Of a stretch of 64,000 nt of DNA, positions 55,812-64,000 are shown piece after piece (position 1 is the stretch's first letter; every line of letters starts with the position of its first letter). The stretch lies in the IMG/VR virus record IMGVR_UViG_2767802067_000002, positions 32,001 to 96,000 of that record; one strand, given 5' to 3'. This DNA is from a virus. Lineage: Duplodnaviria; Caudoviricetes. Made by a program: the position numbers and the translations under genes. The notes beneath the pieces are model-generated. The model was not told where the DNA came from, ran no database searches, and worked only from the letters and a program-made list of their open reading frames with translations.

Positions 55812-56004
55812 GGTGGCTCCTTCGAGCTGACGTGTCATCAGTTTCCCGGCTGCTGCCGGGTGGTGGTGCCCAGTGCTGGGCGCTGGGGGCGTGGCGGGGC
55901 TCACGCGGAGTTGGGCCGGGCTTCTGCGGCAGATGGCGCAGAAGCGGCCTTGACTCGTGACGGCGGGTCAGGGAGATTGGCCGTAGCGTGATCACTTCTT
56001 GCTC

Positions 56005-56088
56005 GGGCGAGTGGCGGAACCGGCAGACGCAGCGACCTTAAAAGTCGCGGCCGCTCGCGGCGTGTGGGTTCGACTCCCACCTCGCTCA
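56005..56088 (+). tRNA. tRNA-Leu(UAA), bldA-type
   Basis: GGGCGAG/CTCGCTC acceptor, A73, GCGAC-CTTAAAA-GTCGC anticodon arm, long variable arm, GTGGG-TTCGACT-CCCAC T arm. Confidence 0.92.
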
Positions 56089-56105
56089 CGGCTCCCGGAA
56101 ACGGT

Positions 56106-56143
56106 GAGAGGCCCCCGCAGGCGGCGGGGGCCTCTCGCTTTTT
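56106..56143 (+). terminator. Intrinsic terminator after tRNA-Leu
   Basis: 13-bp stem followed by TTTTT. Confidence 0.8.
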
Positions 56144-56191
56144 GGTGCCGCTGACCTGCGGCTTTGTAGGGGCGGTTCTACTTTTGGGCCC

Positions 56192-56782
56192 TCATTTGAG
56201 GGGGTTCCAGCCGGGTGGCGGGGGCGGGGTGCTGGTCTGGGCGACGACCATCAGGGCGTGCGGGCCGACCGGCGGGCCGTCGCCGTGCGGGCCGGTGCCC
56301 CAGGTGTTCGTCGCGATGGTGCGGCAGTGGAGCAGCAGGCGGTCCGGGTTGGGGACCAGCTCCACTTCGTGGGTGAGGCCGGGGAAGAGGAGGTGCGTCC
56401 ACGCGCCCCGGGTGGTGGAGGGCAGCCACATCTCGGCGGCGATGAGGCGGACCGCGGGCGGGATGCCGGGGGCGGTGTCGGTGACGCAGGCCGCGAGGAG
56501 GCGGGTGCCGTCGGCGGTGGGGAGCGGGATGCGCAGCGCGGTCATGCGCTGGCCGGCGAGCGGGCGGCCGAGCTGGTCGTAGCTGCCGGAGAGGTGCGCG
56601 GCGTCCGGGGGGACGGACCGGCCGCGGATCGTCCACGGGTCGCTGCCCGGCGTGGAGAACGGCTCCCTGGGCGGCGCGTGGAAGGTGAAGGCGGGCGGGG
56701 CGTCGGGCTGGAGGACGGTCAGGCGCAGGGCGTCCGGCCGGAAGTGGAGCGGCGTCTCCTCCTCGTCGGTGGGGTGGGTCAT
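56192..56782 (-). CDS. Hypothetical protein
   Basis: AGGAGG RBS and ATGA overlap; paralog of the middle domain of 56779..58314. Confidence 0.65.
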   Translation of the reverse strand: MTHPTDEEETPLHFRPDALRLTVLQPDAPPAFTFHAPPREPFSTPGSDPWTIRGRSVPPDAAHLSGSYDQLGRPLAGQRMTALRIPLPTADGTRLLAACVTDTAPGIPPAVRLIAAEMWLPSTTRGAWTHLLFPGLTHEVELVPNPDRLLLHCRTIATNTWGTGPHGDGPPVGPHALMVVAQTSTPPPPPGWNPLK

Positions 56783-58314
56783 TCGAACCCTCCTGTGGTG
56801 TCGCAGGCCGACGGGCCGGCGTCGTGGGCGGGTGCCGGGTCGCACGCGGGCGGGACGGCCTCGGTGGGCCCGGCGATCAGGTCGACGGGGATCTCCAAGG
56901 CGGCGGCAAACGCGGCGGCGAGCTGTCGGCGGCGGGTCTCGTCCTCGAGTCCGCTGGTGTTGATCACGATGTCCGGACACTGTCCGCCGCCGTGTCCGCC
57001 GGTGTCCGGACACCGGTTGTCCGCCGTGTCCGGGCGGCAGGTGTCCGGGCAGTCCGGGCCCGCGTCCGGACACGGTTGTCCGGGCGGTGTCCGGGCGGTG
57101 TCCGCCCTGGTCGGGAACGTGCAGCCGGTCCCGCCCTCGCCGATCACGGGCAGGCTGCGGACATGTCCGCCGGTGGCGTGTCCGGTGTCCGGGCGGGTGT
57201 CCGTGGCCGACGGGATCGCGGCCGCCACGGTGGTCAGCGGCCCCGTGCGGGGGCCGACCGGTGCCGAGCACTGGAACCGCATCAGGTCGTCGTCGATCTC
57301 CGGTCCGGACGGGCCGGAGAGCCCGCCGAACGTCGCGTGGACCCACTCGCCGGGCAGCTCGGCGGGAGCCCAGAGCTCCACGCTGACCATCCGCATCTTC
57401 GGCGGGTAGTCGGCGCCGGGGACGGTGCACATGTCCAGCAGGCGCAGGCCGTCGTCGACCGGGAGGGCGATGTCGAGGACCACCGTCATGTCGCCGGCCG
57501 TCGGTGCGGGCCGGGTGAAGGCGTCGGCCGGGGCCCGGGTGACGACACGGCCCGCGGTCGCCCACGGGTCGGTCTCCGGCGTGGTGAACGGGTCGGGCTC
57601 CGGGAGGTGGACGACGAGGGCGGTCGTCGGCGAGCCGTCGGTGCCGAGGACGGTCACCCGGACAGCGGTCGGCCGGTGTCGGAACGGGAGCCGGAGCGCT
57701 CCGTTGTCCCGGCGCTGCGTCCGGACGGTGTCCGCCCTGGTCGCGGGCAGGGCGCGGGCGTGTCCGCCGGGGGCGTGTCCGGCTGTCCGGACGCTGTCCG
57801 CCGCCGTGTCCGGACGCGGCGGCTTCGCGTACGAGGACTGGTAGCCGAGGGCGACGAGCGCGGCGTCGACGGCGTGCCAGATCAGGCTGTTGCGGGCGAC
57901 GCCGTGAACGGCGCCGGAGGCGTCGCGGGGCAGCGTGCCGATCATGGCGAAGACCGCGTCCCACGCCGGCTGGCGCGGGTCCTGGCCGCGCGCGGAGATC
58001 GTGGCGGCGCTCGGGCCGGTGCGGCGGACGGGCTCGACGGCCTGGGCGAGGACGTCGAGCGCGGCTTCGGCTTCCCGGCGCCTGCGGGACGGGACGCCGG
58101 TGTCGCAGCACGCCTCCCGGCCCCAGGCGAACCGATCGGGGTCGAGGCGGGCGCCGTGGTAGCGGCAGGCGGCGGGCAGGTCGCCGAGGGCCTGGCGCAG
58201 CAGCGGCATGGCGTGCCGGGTGCAGGCCGCCGCCGCCTCGGCGGATTCCAGCCGGTCGTAGAGCTCGTCGAGCTGGTCGCTGGTGAGGTCGTCGAGCGGG
58301 ATGCGGCCGGTCAT
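56779..58314 (-). CDS. Mosaic phage protein
   Basis: Start MTGRIPLDDLTSDQLDELY; contains two TGTCC repeat clusters. Confidence 0.6.
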   Translation of the reverse strand: MTGRIPLDDLTSDQLDELYDRLESAEAAAACTRHAMPLLRQALGDLPAACRYHGARLDPDRFAWGREACCDTGVPSRRRREAEAALDVLAQAVEPVRRTGPSAATISARGQDPRQPAWDAVFAMIGTLPRDASGAVHGVARNSLIWHAVDAALVALGYQSSYAKPPRPDTAADSVRTAGHAPGGHARALPATRADTVRTQRRDNGALRLPFRHRPTAVRVTVLGTDGSPTTALVVHLPEPDPFTTPETDPWATAGRVVTRAPADAFTRPAPTAGDMTVVLDIALPVDDGLRLLDMCTVPGADYPPKMRMVSVELWAPAELPGEWVHATFGGLSGPSGPEIDDDLMRFQCSAPVGPRTGPLTTVAAAIPSATDTRPDTGHATGGHVRSLPVIGEGGTGCTFPTRADTARTPPGQPCPDAGPDCPDTCRPDTADNRCPDTGGHGGGQCPDIVINTSGLEDETRRRQLAAAFAAALEIPVDLIAGPTEAVPPACDPAPAHDAGPSACDTTGGFE

Positions 58315-58946
58315 GCGGTCGCCGCCGGGCGGAGGTGGACGATGGCGTGCGCCAGGAGGACGTCGGCGGTGTCGGCGAGGGTGCTCCGGCCTTCCACGTA
58401 CATGTCCGGCAGGACCACGCCCAGGATCTTGGCGACGTCCTCGCGGGTGGCCCGGGTCGGCCAGCCTCCGGCCGGGGGCTCGCTGTCCCACCGCGGGTAG
58501 ATGTCGGCCTGGGCGATGAGCCGGCCCGCGAGGTCCCGGTGGTGGGCCGGGTCCAGGCGGTCCGCCTCCGGGCAGCGCTCCAGCATGGCGAGGACGTCCT
58601 CCTCGATGGCCGGGGGCCGCTCGATCGCGGGCGTGATGAGCAGCGGCACCGGGATGGCGTCCGGGTGGGCGAGGAGCTGGGCGACCTGGTCGGCGGGGTC
58701 GGCCAGGGCCTCGTCCCAGCGGTAGTCGCAGCGGGAGCAGCAGCGCTCCAGGCGTTCGGGCAGGGGGCCGCGCTGGTCGGTGCGGCCGTTGAACTCGGAG
58801 CGCTGCCGGGGCAGGGGCGGCCGGTAGTAGGTCAGGGCTCCGGCCCAGCGGCACTTCGGGCAGGGCGGCTCGTCGCCGCTGAACGGCGGCAGCGGCACGG
58901 CGGCCTGGTCGGCGCGGTCCGGCGCGGTGAGGAGGATCTGTTCCAC
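58311..58946 (-). CDS. Zn-ribbon phage protein
   Basis: CPKC...ERLERCCSRCDYRWDE; AAGGAG RBS. Confidence 0.65.
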   Translation of the reverse strand: MEQILLTAPDRADQAAVPLPPFSGDEPPCPKCRWAGALTYYRPPLPRQRSEFNGRTDQRGPLPERLERCCSRCDYRWDEALADPADQVAQLLAHPDAIPVPLLITPAIERPPAIEEDVLAMLERCPEADRLDPAHHRDLAGRLIAQADIYPRWDSEPPAGGWPTRATREDVAKILGVVLPDMYVEGRSTLADTADVLLAHAIVHLRPAATA

Positions 58947-59000
58947 GGGGTTCTCCTTGCGGGGTGGGCCCGGCCGCGGTGCGCGGCCGGGCTCGGGTGG

Positions 59001-59225
59001 TCAGTTGTCGGTGAGGGTGACGCCGTTGCGGGCGAACGCCCGGACCACGGCGGGGTGGTCGGCGAAGTGGGCCAGCGAGTCGTACTCGGTGTCCCAGTCC
59101 TCTTCGCGCAGCACGCCGATCACCTGGGCGAGGACGTCCTCCGTGCGCTTGGGCTCGGCGCCGGTGTCCACCAGGAGCCGGGCGATCGGGTCGAAGAGCT
59201 TGGGTCCGGCGGAGCTCCATCCCAT
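59001..59225 (-). CDS. Small phage protein
   Basis: GGAGG RBS; MGWSSAG...EDWDTEYDSL. Confidence 0.7.
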   Translation of the reverse strand: MGWSSAGPKLFDPIARLLVDTGAEPKRTEDVLAQVIGVLREEDWDTEYDSLAHFADHPAVVRAFARNGVTLTDN

Positions 59226-59228
59226 GGG

Positions 59229-59570
59229 TCAGCCCTCCATGGGGGTGTGGACGGACTCCCGCAGGTGGCGGGCGGCGAACTGGACGGCGTCGCGGACCTC
59301 GCGGCTGGTCCACTCCTCGGGGCCGACCTTCCCCTCGCGCATCGCCTGGGCGACCTCGTCCATGTGGTCGGCGTTGGCCGGGGTGACGTACCGCCAGATC
59401 GCGGCGGCGGCGGCGCCCCAGGCGCGCTGGATGGCCTCGGGGAGGTCGCCCCAGGCGGGCATCGGGTCGCCGAGGAAGTTCCGGCCGCCGGTGGCGTTGC
59501 CGTAGGCGGCGTAGGCGAGCGCGGCGGCCGTCGCGAGGTCGGCGGGGACGGGCTGGGCGGTGTCGGTCAC
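59229..59570 (-). CDS. Small phage protein
   Basis: AYAAY...NFLGDPMPAWGDLP..IQRAW. Confidence 0.7.
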   Translation of the reverse strand: MTDTAQPVPADLATAAALAYAAYGNATGGRNFLGDPMPAWGDLPEAIQRAWGAAAAAIWRYVTPANADHMDEVAQAMREGKVGPEEWTSREVRDAVQFAARHLRESVHTPMEG

Positions 59571-59573
59571 GGG

Positions 59574-60137
59574 TCAGTTCTCCTTGAGGGCGGTGTCGAT
59601 GGCGTGGCGGGCGTCCCACTGGGCGTCTTCCATGCCGCGGGTGTACTGGTAGTTGCCGGGGTCGAGCTGCCGGTGGCGGGCGTCCCGCTCGTCCTCGGTC
59701 TCGCCGGGGTGCTGGTCGAGGGCGCGCACGGCGGCGACGGCGGCCCGCAGGCGGGCGTTCTCGGCTTCCGCGGTGGCGGCGCGGCGGGCCTGGTGCCCGA
59801 CGTTGTCCCGGGTGGTCAGGGCGCGGCGCTTCCACCGGGCGGCCTGCTTGAGGACCGCGGTGATCTCGCGGCGGTGGCGGTGGTAGGTGTCCAGCAGCCG
59901 GCCGTTGTGGCGCAGGAGGCGTTCGGTGCGGCCGTCGGGGTCCGGGTTCTGGCGGTCGGTGAGGTAGCCGTCGCGGTCGAGGGCGGCGAGGGCGTAGTGG
60001 AGCAGGTCGCGCAGGTCCGGGATGCCGTCGGTGGCGTCGAGGGCGTCGGCGGCGCCGGTCACGGCGGAGTCGAGGGCGCCGTCGGGCAGCTCCGGCAGGG
60101 GCGGTGCGGCGTGGTCGAGGGTGCTGGGGCGGGTCAT
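59574..60137 (-). CDS. Hypothetical coiled-coil protein
   Basis: AAGGAG RBS; ATGA overlap. Confidence 0.6.
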   Translation of the reverse strand: MTRPSTLDHAAPPLPELPDGALDSAVTGAADALDATDGIPDLRDLLHYALAALDRDGYLTDRQNPDPDGRTERLLRHNGRLLDTYHRHRREITAVLKQAARWKRRALTTRDNVGHQARRAATAEAENARLRAAVAAVRALDQHPGETEDERDARHRQLDPGNYQYTRGMEDAQWDARHAIDTALKEN

Positions 60138-60439
60138 CCGGAGTTCTCCTTGGCGGTCATGACCGGGCAGTCGTGGTCGTGGAGGGTGCCGCAGCTGGTC
60201 CACCAGCGCTCGCAGGCGCAGGAGCGGGCCATGAGGGAGGCCACCAGCAGGTCGAGGTTCAGCTGTTCGGGGATGCGGGGGCGGCGTCCGTTGGTGGCCA
60301 TGCGCGGCTTCGGGCGGGCGGGCGGCCGTTGGGGGATGGCGTACCGGCCGAGGGCGAAGAACAGCCAGCCGGCGGCGCGGTGCGCGGCGGCGAGCAGGAG
60401 TCGGGGAAGGGCCGCTGCGGCGCGGGTGAGGGCGTTCAC
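60134..60439 (-). CDS. Hypothetical protein (CAC..WW.SC...H..C)
   Basis: GTGA overlap; Cys/His-rich tail. Confidence 0.55.
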   Translation of the reverse strand: MNALTRAAAALPRLLLAAAHRAAGWLFFALGRYAIPQRPPARPKPRMATNGRRPRIPEQLNLDLLVASLMARSCACERWWTSCGTLHDHDCPVMTAKENSG

Positions 60440-60864
60440 GGGGCGACGGCCGCGGCCAGGCCGTTGCGGGCGGCGGCCTCGTGGATGAGGCGGGCCAGGT
60501 TCAGCGTGTGGACGTTCTCCCGGGCGGCGAGCCAGTCGCGGCGGCGGGTCTCGTCGTGGGGGAAGGTCGCGGCGACGCCGGCGACGGCCGCCTGGTAGGC
60601 GTTCAGCTCGTCGTCGAGCATCGCGGCGACCGCGAGGCCGAAGTCCGGGTTGGCGAGGGCGAGGTAGGGCAGGTCGACGTCCTCGCCCGGCTGGTCGGCG
60701 GAGCGGTCGGCGACGATGTTGCCGTTCTCGGCGTACAGGACGTCGCCCTGGTCGGCGGGCCCGGTGCGGTCGATGGCCCACGGGGTCGGCGCGGGCACCT
60801 TCGCGGCGCGTGCGGCGGCGCGGAGCAGGTCGGCGGCGGAGGCGATGCTGTCGGCGTAGTCCAC
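60436..60864 (-). CDS. Hypothetical phage protein (PTPW...YLALANP)
   Basis: GAAGGG RBS; ead/ea22-like pattern. Confidence 0.6.
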   Translation of the reverse strand: MDYADSIASAADLLRAAARAAKVPAPTPWAIDRTGPADQGDVLYAENGNIVADRSADQPGEDVDLPYLALANPDFGLAVAAMLDDELNAYQAAVAGVAATFPHDETRRRDWLAARENVHTLNLARLIHEAAARNGLAAAVAP

Positions 60865-60924
60865 GGTGTGGTTCCCTTCGTGCGGGGCGGCCACCGCCCG
60901 GTGCGGGCGGTGGCCGCATGGGGG

Positions 60925-61617
60925 TCAGGACGGGTCGGCGGCCGGGGCGGGCTCGGTGCCGGGGGTGAGGGCTTCGCGGCAGGCGCGGCACAGCGGGTGC
61001 TTGGCGTCGTGCTCGGCGGAGATCGGGCCGGTGGCCGGCACGCGGCAGACAGTGAGGCCGTCGTCCTCCAGGACGTGCTTGGTCTGGGGGAAGGCGGCGG
61101 TGGCGTCGTGGACACGCATCCGCTCGGGGGCGGGCTCGGGCAGGTACGCGAGGACCACGAGCGGCCTCTCGCCGGAGCCGTCGCAGCGGCGGCCGTACAG
61201 GTCCGGGCGGTGGACGGGGAGCCGGCCGCGCTTCGTCAGGTGAAATCCCTGGGTCGGGCCCATCGGGCAGCGGTCCCCCTCGGGGCAGACCCCGAGGCCG
61301 ACGAACGCCGGGTAGTCGGTGAACCCGGCCTCCATCATCGTGCGGATCCTGGCCCGCTCGATCTCGCCGCGGTCCGGCCCAGGCAGGGGCGGGAACTGGA
61401 GGACGGGGGTGCCGTAGGCGGCCAGCCGCTCGCGGGCCTCGGCTAGGAGCGTGGTCAGCAGGTCCACCTCGGCGAGGAGCTTGACGGCGTGGACGTCGGC
61501 GACGCGCATCCCGGCGGCGAACCGCTCCCCACCGGCGGGGACGCCGGTCCACTTCCCGGAGACCGCGAGTTCCACGTCGGCGCGGATCGCGGCCAGTTCT
61601 TCGGCGGTGAGTCCCAT
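60925..61617 (-). CDS. Hypothetical phage protein
   Basis: GAGG RBS; Cys/His motifs. Confidence 0.6.
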   Translation of the reverse strand: MGLTAEELAAIRADVELAVSGKWTGVPAGGERFAAGMRVADVHAVKLLAEVDLLTTLLAEARERLAAYGTPVLQFPPLPGPDRGEIERARIRTMMEAGFTDYPAFVGLGVCPEGDRCPMGPTQGFHLTKRGRLPVHRPDLYGRRCDGSGERPLVVLAYLPEPAPERMRVHDATAAFPQTKHVLEDDGLTVCRVPATGPISAEHDAKHPLCRACREALTPGTEPAPAADPS

Positions 61618-61820
61618 CAGCTCTCACCTCGGGCGGCGGCAGTGGTGACGTCGACCAGGGCGGCGACGAACGCCTGCAGTCCGGTGGCGGGGATCACGAT
61701 GCCCGCCGGGGTGGTTGTGACGCGGACACCGGGGCCCATGCCGGTGTCCGGGACGGGGGCGAGGCCGATGGTGCCCCCGTCGGGGCCGGTGCAGGACCAG
61801 TCCGGGACGAGGCCGCTCAC
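61617..61820 (-). CDS. Small protein (paralog of the repeat in 61817..62398)
   Basis: GPGVRVTTTPAGIVIP matches the repeats of its neighbour. Confidence 0.55.
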   Translation of the reverse strand: MSGLVPDWSCTGPDGGTIGLAPVPDTGMGPGVRVTTTPAGIVIPATGLQAFVAALVDVTTAAARGES

Positions 61821-62398
61821 CGGGCACCGCCCTGGTGCTGCTCGGCGGCGCGGGCGGTGGTGAGGAGCCAGCCGGTGACGAGGGGCAGGGCCGCGAGCGG
61901 GATCGAGCAGCCCGCGGGGCTCGTGACGACGTGGACGGCCGGGGTGCCGTCCGGGAGCGCGGACCACTTCATGCGGACGACGTCCTTGTCCGCGTCCACG
62001 TAGTGGTACCCGGTGAGCTTGCTGTACGGGCCGGGCTCCGGCTCGCCGATCTCCACCGGTCCGTGCTCGTCGGCGCCGGTGGCGCTCTGGCCGACGGTGC
62101 GCAGCTCGCGGACGAACCAGCCCGCGGCTTCGGCGGGGATCAGGCAGCCGGCCTTGCGGGTGACGATGTGGATGCCGGGGCCGAGGGCGGGGATCACGGC
62201 GGTGAACACCGCCAGCTTGTCGCCGTTGGCGTCGGTGTAGGCGTAGGCGGGCCCGCCGGTTCGGGGCGGGATGACGGCGATCAGTTCGGTGGTGCGGCCT
62301 TCGCCGTCGGTGACGCGGATCATGCGGTGCTCCGGGGTCGTGTGGTTGGCTGGGCGGGCGCCCGCCCCGGTTCGGTCGGGGCGGGCTGCCTCGTTCAC
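61817..62398 (-). CDS. Hypothetical protein with internal duplication
   Basis: Y.DA..D...P..H.VT..AGC.IP occurs twice. Confidence 0.6.
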   Translation of the reverse strand: MNEAARPDRTGAGARPANHTTPEHRMIRVTDGEGRTTELIAVIPPRTGGPAYAYTDANGDKLAVFTAVIPALGPGIHIVTRKAGCLIPAEAAGWFVRELRTVGQSATGADEHGPVEIGEPEPGPYSKLTGYHYVDADKDVVRMKWSALPDGTPAVHVVTSPAGCSIPLAALPLVTGWLLTTARAAEQHQGGAR

Positions 62399-63234
62399 GG
62401 GGTGGCGGGCTGGACGAGGAAGACGCGGTCGTGGCTGATCCAGACCTCGTCGCCCGGGCCGGGGCGCAGGCTGCCCGCGCTACCGGTGGTGCAGCGGACC
62501 TTCACCCGGTCCTTGCCGAGCTTGATGACGGGGCCGAGGATCGTGGCCTGGTAGCGGCCGGACGTGGTCCCGCCGACGGTGTCGCCCTCGTATCCGGTGC
62601 GGCCCGCGGCGTCCCGGAAGGACGGCCGGGGCGCGGGCTCCGAGGTGACGGGGAGCCGGTGCATGTGTTCCTTGCAGTCGGCGCAGCGGCGGCTCTGCCA
62701 GCGCTGCCCGTCTTCCTCGTACTCGGAGGTGATCTCCCACGACTCGTGGGGGCACGGGAGCTCCGCGCCGATCTCCTTGGCGTACTGGGCGAGGAGGGCG
62801 GCGGCCCACTCGCGGGCGTCCTCCGGGTGCGCGCCGGTCTCCTCGTAGAGGTCGACGAGGCGCTGCACCGCGGTACGGTCCGCGGCCTGCTCCTCGGGGT
62901 CCTCGTAGTGCGCCTCGACGGGCCGCCACGCGGTGACGACGATCGGGACCTCCTCGACCTCGACGGCGGTGACGGTGTCGCCGGTCCAGCCGTGGTTCTC
63001 CGGTGCGCCGCCGCCGACCTCGAAGTCCCCGAGGTCCAGCTCGGCCTCGTAGGTGACGGTGTAGGTCCGGTTGTCGCCGTCGGCGTCGCGGAACACCACG
63101 GCGCGCTCCTGGCTGTACTTGAGCGTGTAGAGCTTCTGGTCGTCGAGGATGACGTCGCCGTCGATGTCGTCCGGGCTGCCGGGCGGGACGCCGAGGGCGC
63201 CGAGCTCGGCGTGGGTGAACTCTCGGGTGATCAC
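62395..63234 (-). CDS. Hypothetical phage protein
   Basis: GAGG RBS and GTG start VITREFT. Confidence 0.65.
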   Translation of the reverse strand: MITREFTHAELGALGVPPGSPDDIDGDVILDDQKLYTLKYSQERAVVFRDADGDNRTYTVTYEAELDLGDFEVGGGAPENHGWTGDTVTAVEVEEVPIVVTAWRPVEAHYEDPEEQAADRTAVQRLVDLYEETGAHPEDAREWAAALLAQYAKEIGAELPCPHESWEITSEYEEDGQRWQSRRCADCKEHMHRLPVTSEPAPRPSFRDAAGRTGYEGDTVGGTTSGRYQATILGPVIKLGKDRVKVRCTTGSAGSLRPGPGDEVWISHDRVFLVQPATP

Positions 63235-63449
63235 GGTTGGTTGTCCTCTCGGTCGGGGTGCTGCTCGGGCTGGCAGGGCGGCGTCTTGTCGCCCTGGAGG
63301 GTGTTCCAGGACTGCTCGCCGCGGGTCCACTCGGTCCACCACTGGCGGCCGTAGGGGTTCGGGCGGCGGATGGCCAGCAAGTCGCAGGCACCGCAACGCT
63401 TGCGGTGGCTGCCGACCTCGGCCCAGCGGTGGCGGGTCGCGGCGGTCAC
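63231..63449 (-). CDS. Small Zn-binding protein
   Basis: HRW...CGAC...TPPC; GTGA overlap. Confidence 0.55.
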   Translation of the reverse strand: MTAATRHRWAEVGSHRKRCGACDLLAIRRPNPYGRQWWTEWTRGEQSWNTLQGDKTPPCQPEQHPDREDNQP

Positions 63450-63838
63450 CGGCCGGCCGCCGGGGAGGTGCAACCACGTCCGGTCTTCTGGCAGGTGCGG
63501 GCGGCGAGCAGGACGTCGCCGGCGGCCACCCACTCCTGGTAGCGGGCCTCGTCGGAGGGGCGCCGCTCGTCCTCGTCGATCGCCTCCAGCCGGCGGAGGG
63601 CTTCGCCGCCGATCAGGTCGGCGCCCTCGGCGAGGATCGCGTCGCGGAACGCGACGTCCTCCGGGCGTTCGGGGGCGGTGACGGTCGGGGCGGGCGGTGC
63701 GGTGGGCTCGGGCCAGCCGAGGACGTCGCGGATCTCGTACGCCGAGTAGCGCTGCTCGGAGACGAGGCGGCCGTTCTCCCAGGTCTGGCCGGCGGCGAGG
63801 AGCGCGGCGAGGGCGTTCAGCCGGTTTTCGGTGGTCAT
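63446..63838 (-). CDS. Hypothetical protein
   Basis: AAGGGAG RBS. Confidence 0.6.
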   Translation of the reverse strand: MTTENRLNALAALLAAGQTWENGRLVSEQRYSAYEIRDVLGWPEPTAPPAPTVTAPERPEDVAFRDAILAEGADLIGGEALRRLEAIDEDERRPSDEARYQEWVAAGDVLLAARTCQKTGRGCTSPAAGR

Positions 63839-63863
63839 CTTCGTGGTCTCCCTTGGTGGTTGG

Positions 63864-64000
63864 TCAGGCCGCCGCGTGGCGGCCTCGGGTCCGCCGGAGC
63901 CCTTCGGCGTCTCGGCGGCAGATCGCGCAGTTCGCGGAGCCGTCCGGCTGGAGGCGGAGCGCGGCGCCGAGGACGTGCCCGCGGGTGCAGGTGTCGCGGA
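63864..64000 (-). CDS. 3' end of a gene with CxxGH...CxxC motif (partial)
   Basis: ...DTCTRGHVL...NCAICRR...RHAAA*. Confidence 0.5.
   Translation of the reverse strand, partial: RDTCTRGHVLGAALRLQPDGSANCAICRRDAEGLRRTRGRHAAA

Noticed and set aside
54714-56088. pyrE and tRNA-Leu as a host chromosome boundary or att site
   Set aside because: Element-type genes and the same TGTCC repeats continue on both sides; no integrase or duplicated tRNA 3' end seen.
127-63354. Many long plus-strand ORFs (e.g. 127..2043, 5614..7962, 12145..14559, 30484..34212, 58335..60488) and Arg/Pro-rich off-frame ORFs
   Set aside because: These are antisense or frame shadows of real minus-strand genes in very GC-rich DNA; no RBS or motifs.

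Overview
Very GC-rich actinobacterial (Streptomyces/Kitasatospora-like) mobile element, best read as a temperate phage-plasmid or large prophage. Almost all genes are on the minus strand. From left to right: (1) 1-14.8 kb is a head and packaging module (virion protein, minor and major capsid, MuF-2H phosphoesterase-protease fusion, portal, TerL, TerS). (2) 14.8-17.45 kb holds a ParB-like gene and an amino-MTase-like/Mom-like GNAT fusion, translationally coupled to the terminase. They are preceded by an atypical tRNA-Gly(UCC) that keeps the GlyRS identity elements but has lost several translation features, and the tRNA and the enzyme share a duplicated upstream motif. This is the top candidate system: a dedicated non-proteinogenic tRNA-Gly feeding DNA hypermodification. 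(3) 17.7-46.4 kb is a leading-region-like array of about 33 genes (intein-containing PAPS-reductase-family protein, C5 and N6 DNA MTases, DUF3560-ParB, NERD, SWIM and many paralogous small genes). It is built from two repeated promoter/operator families, each with a candidate divergent HTH repressor, plus a conserved-loop hairpin family. Many of its proteins end in -AA or carry QxxLF-like motifs. (4) 47-53.8 kb is a Spd-like spread/transfer region with regulators. (5) 53.9-56.1 kb carries a lipoprotein, pyrE and a bldA-type tRNA-Leu(UAA). (6) 56.2-64 kb holds small phage early-type genes. No integrase, replicase, TraB ATPase or CRISPR array was seen in the window. All family assignments are from motif recognition by eye, not from database searches.
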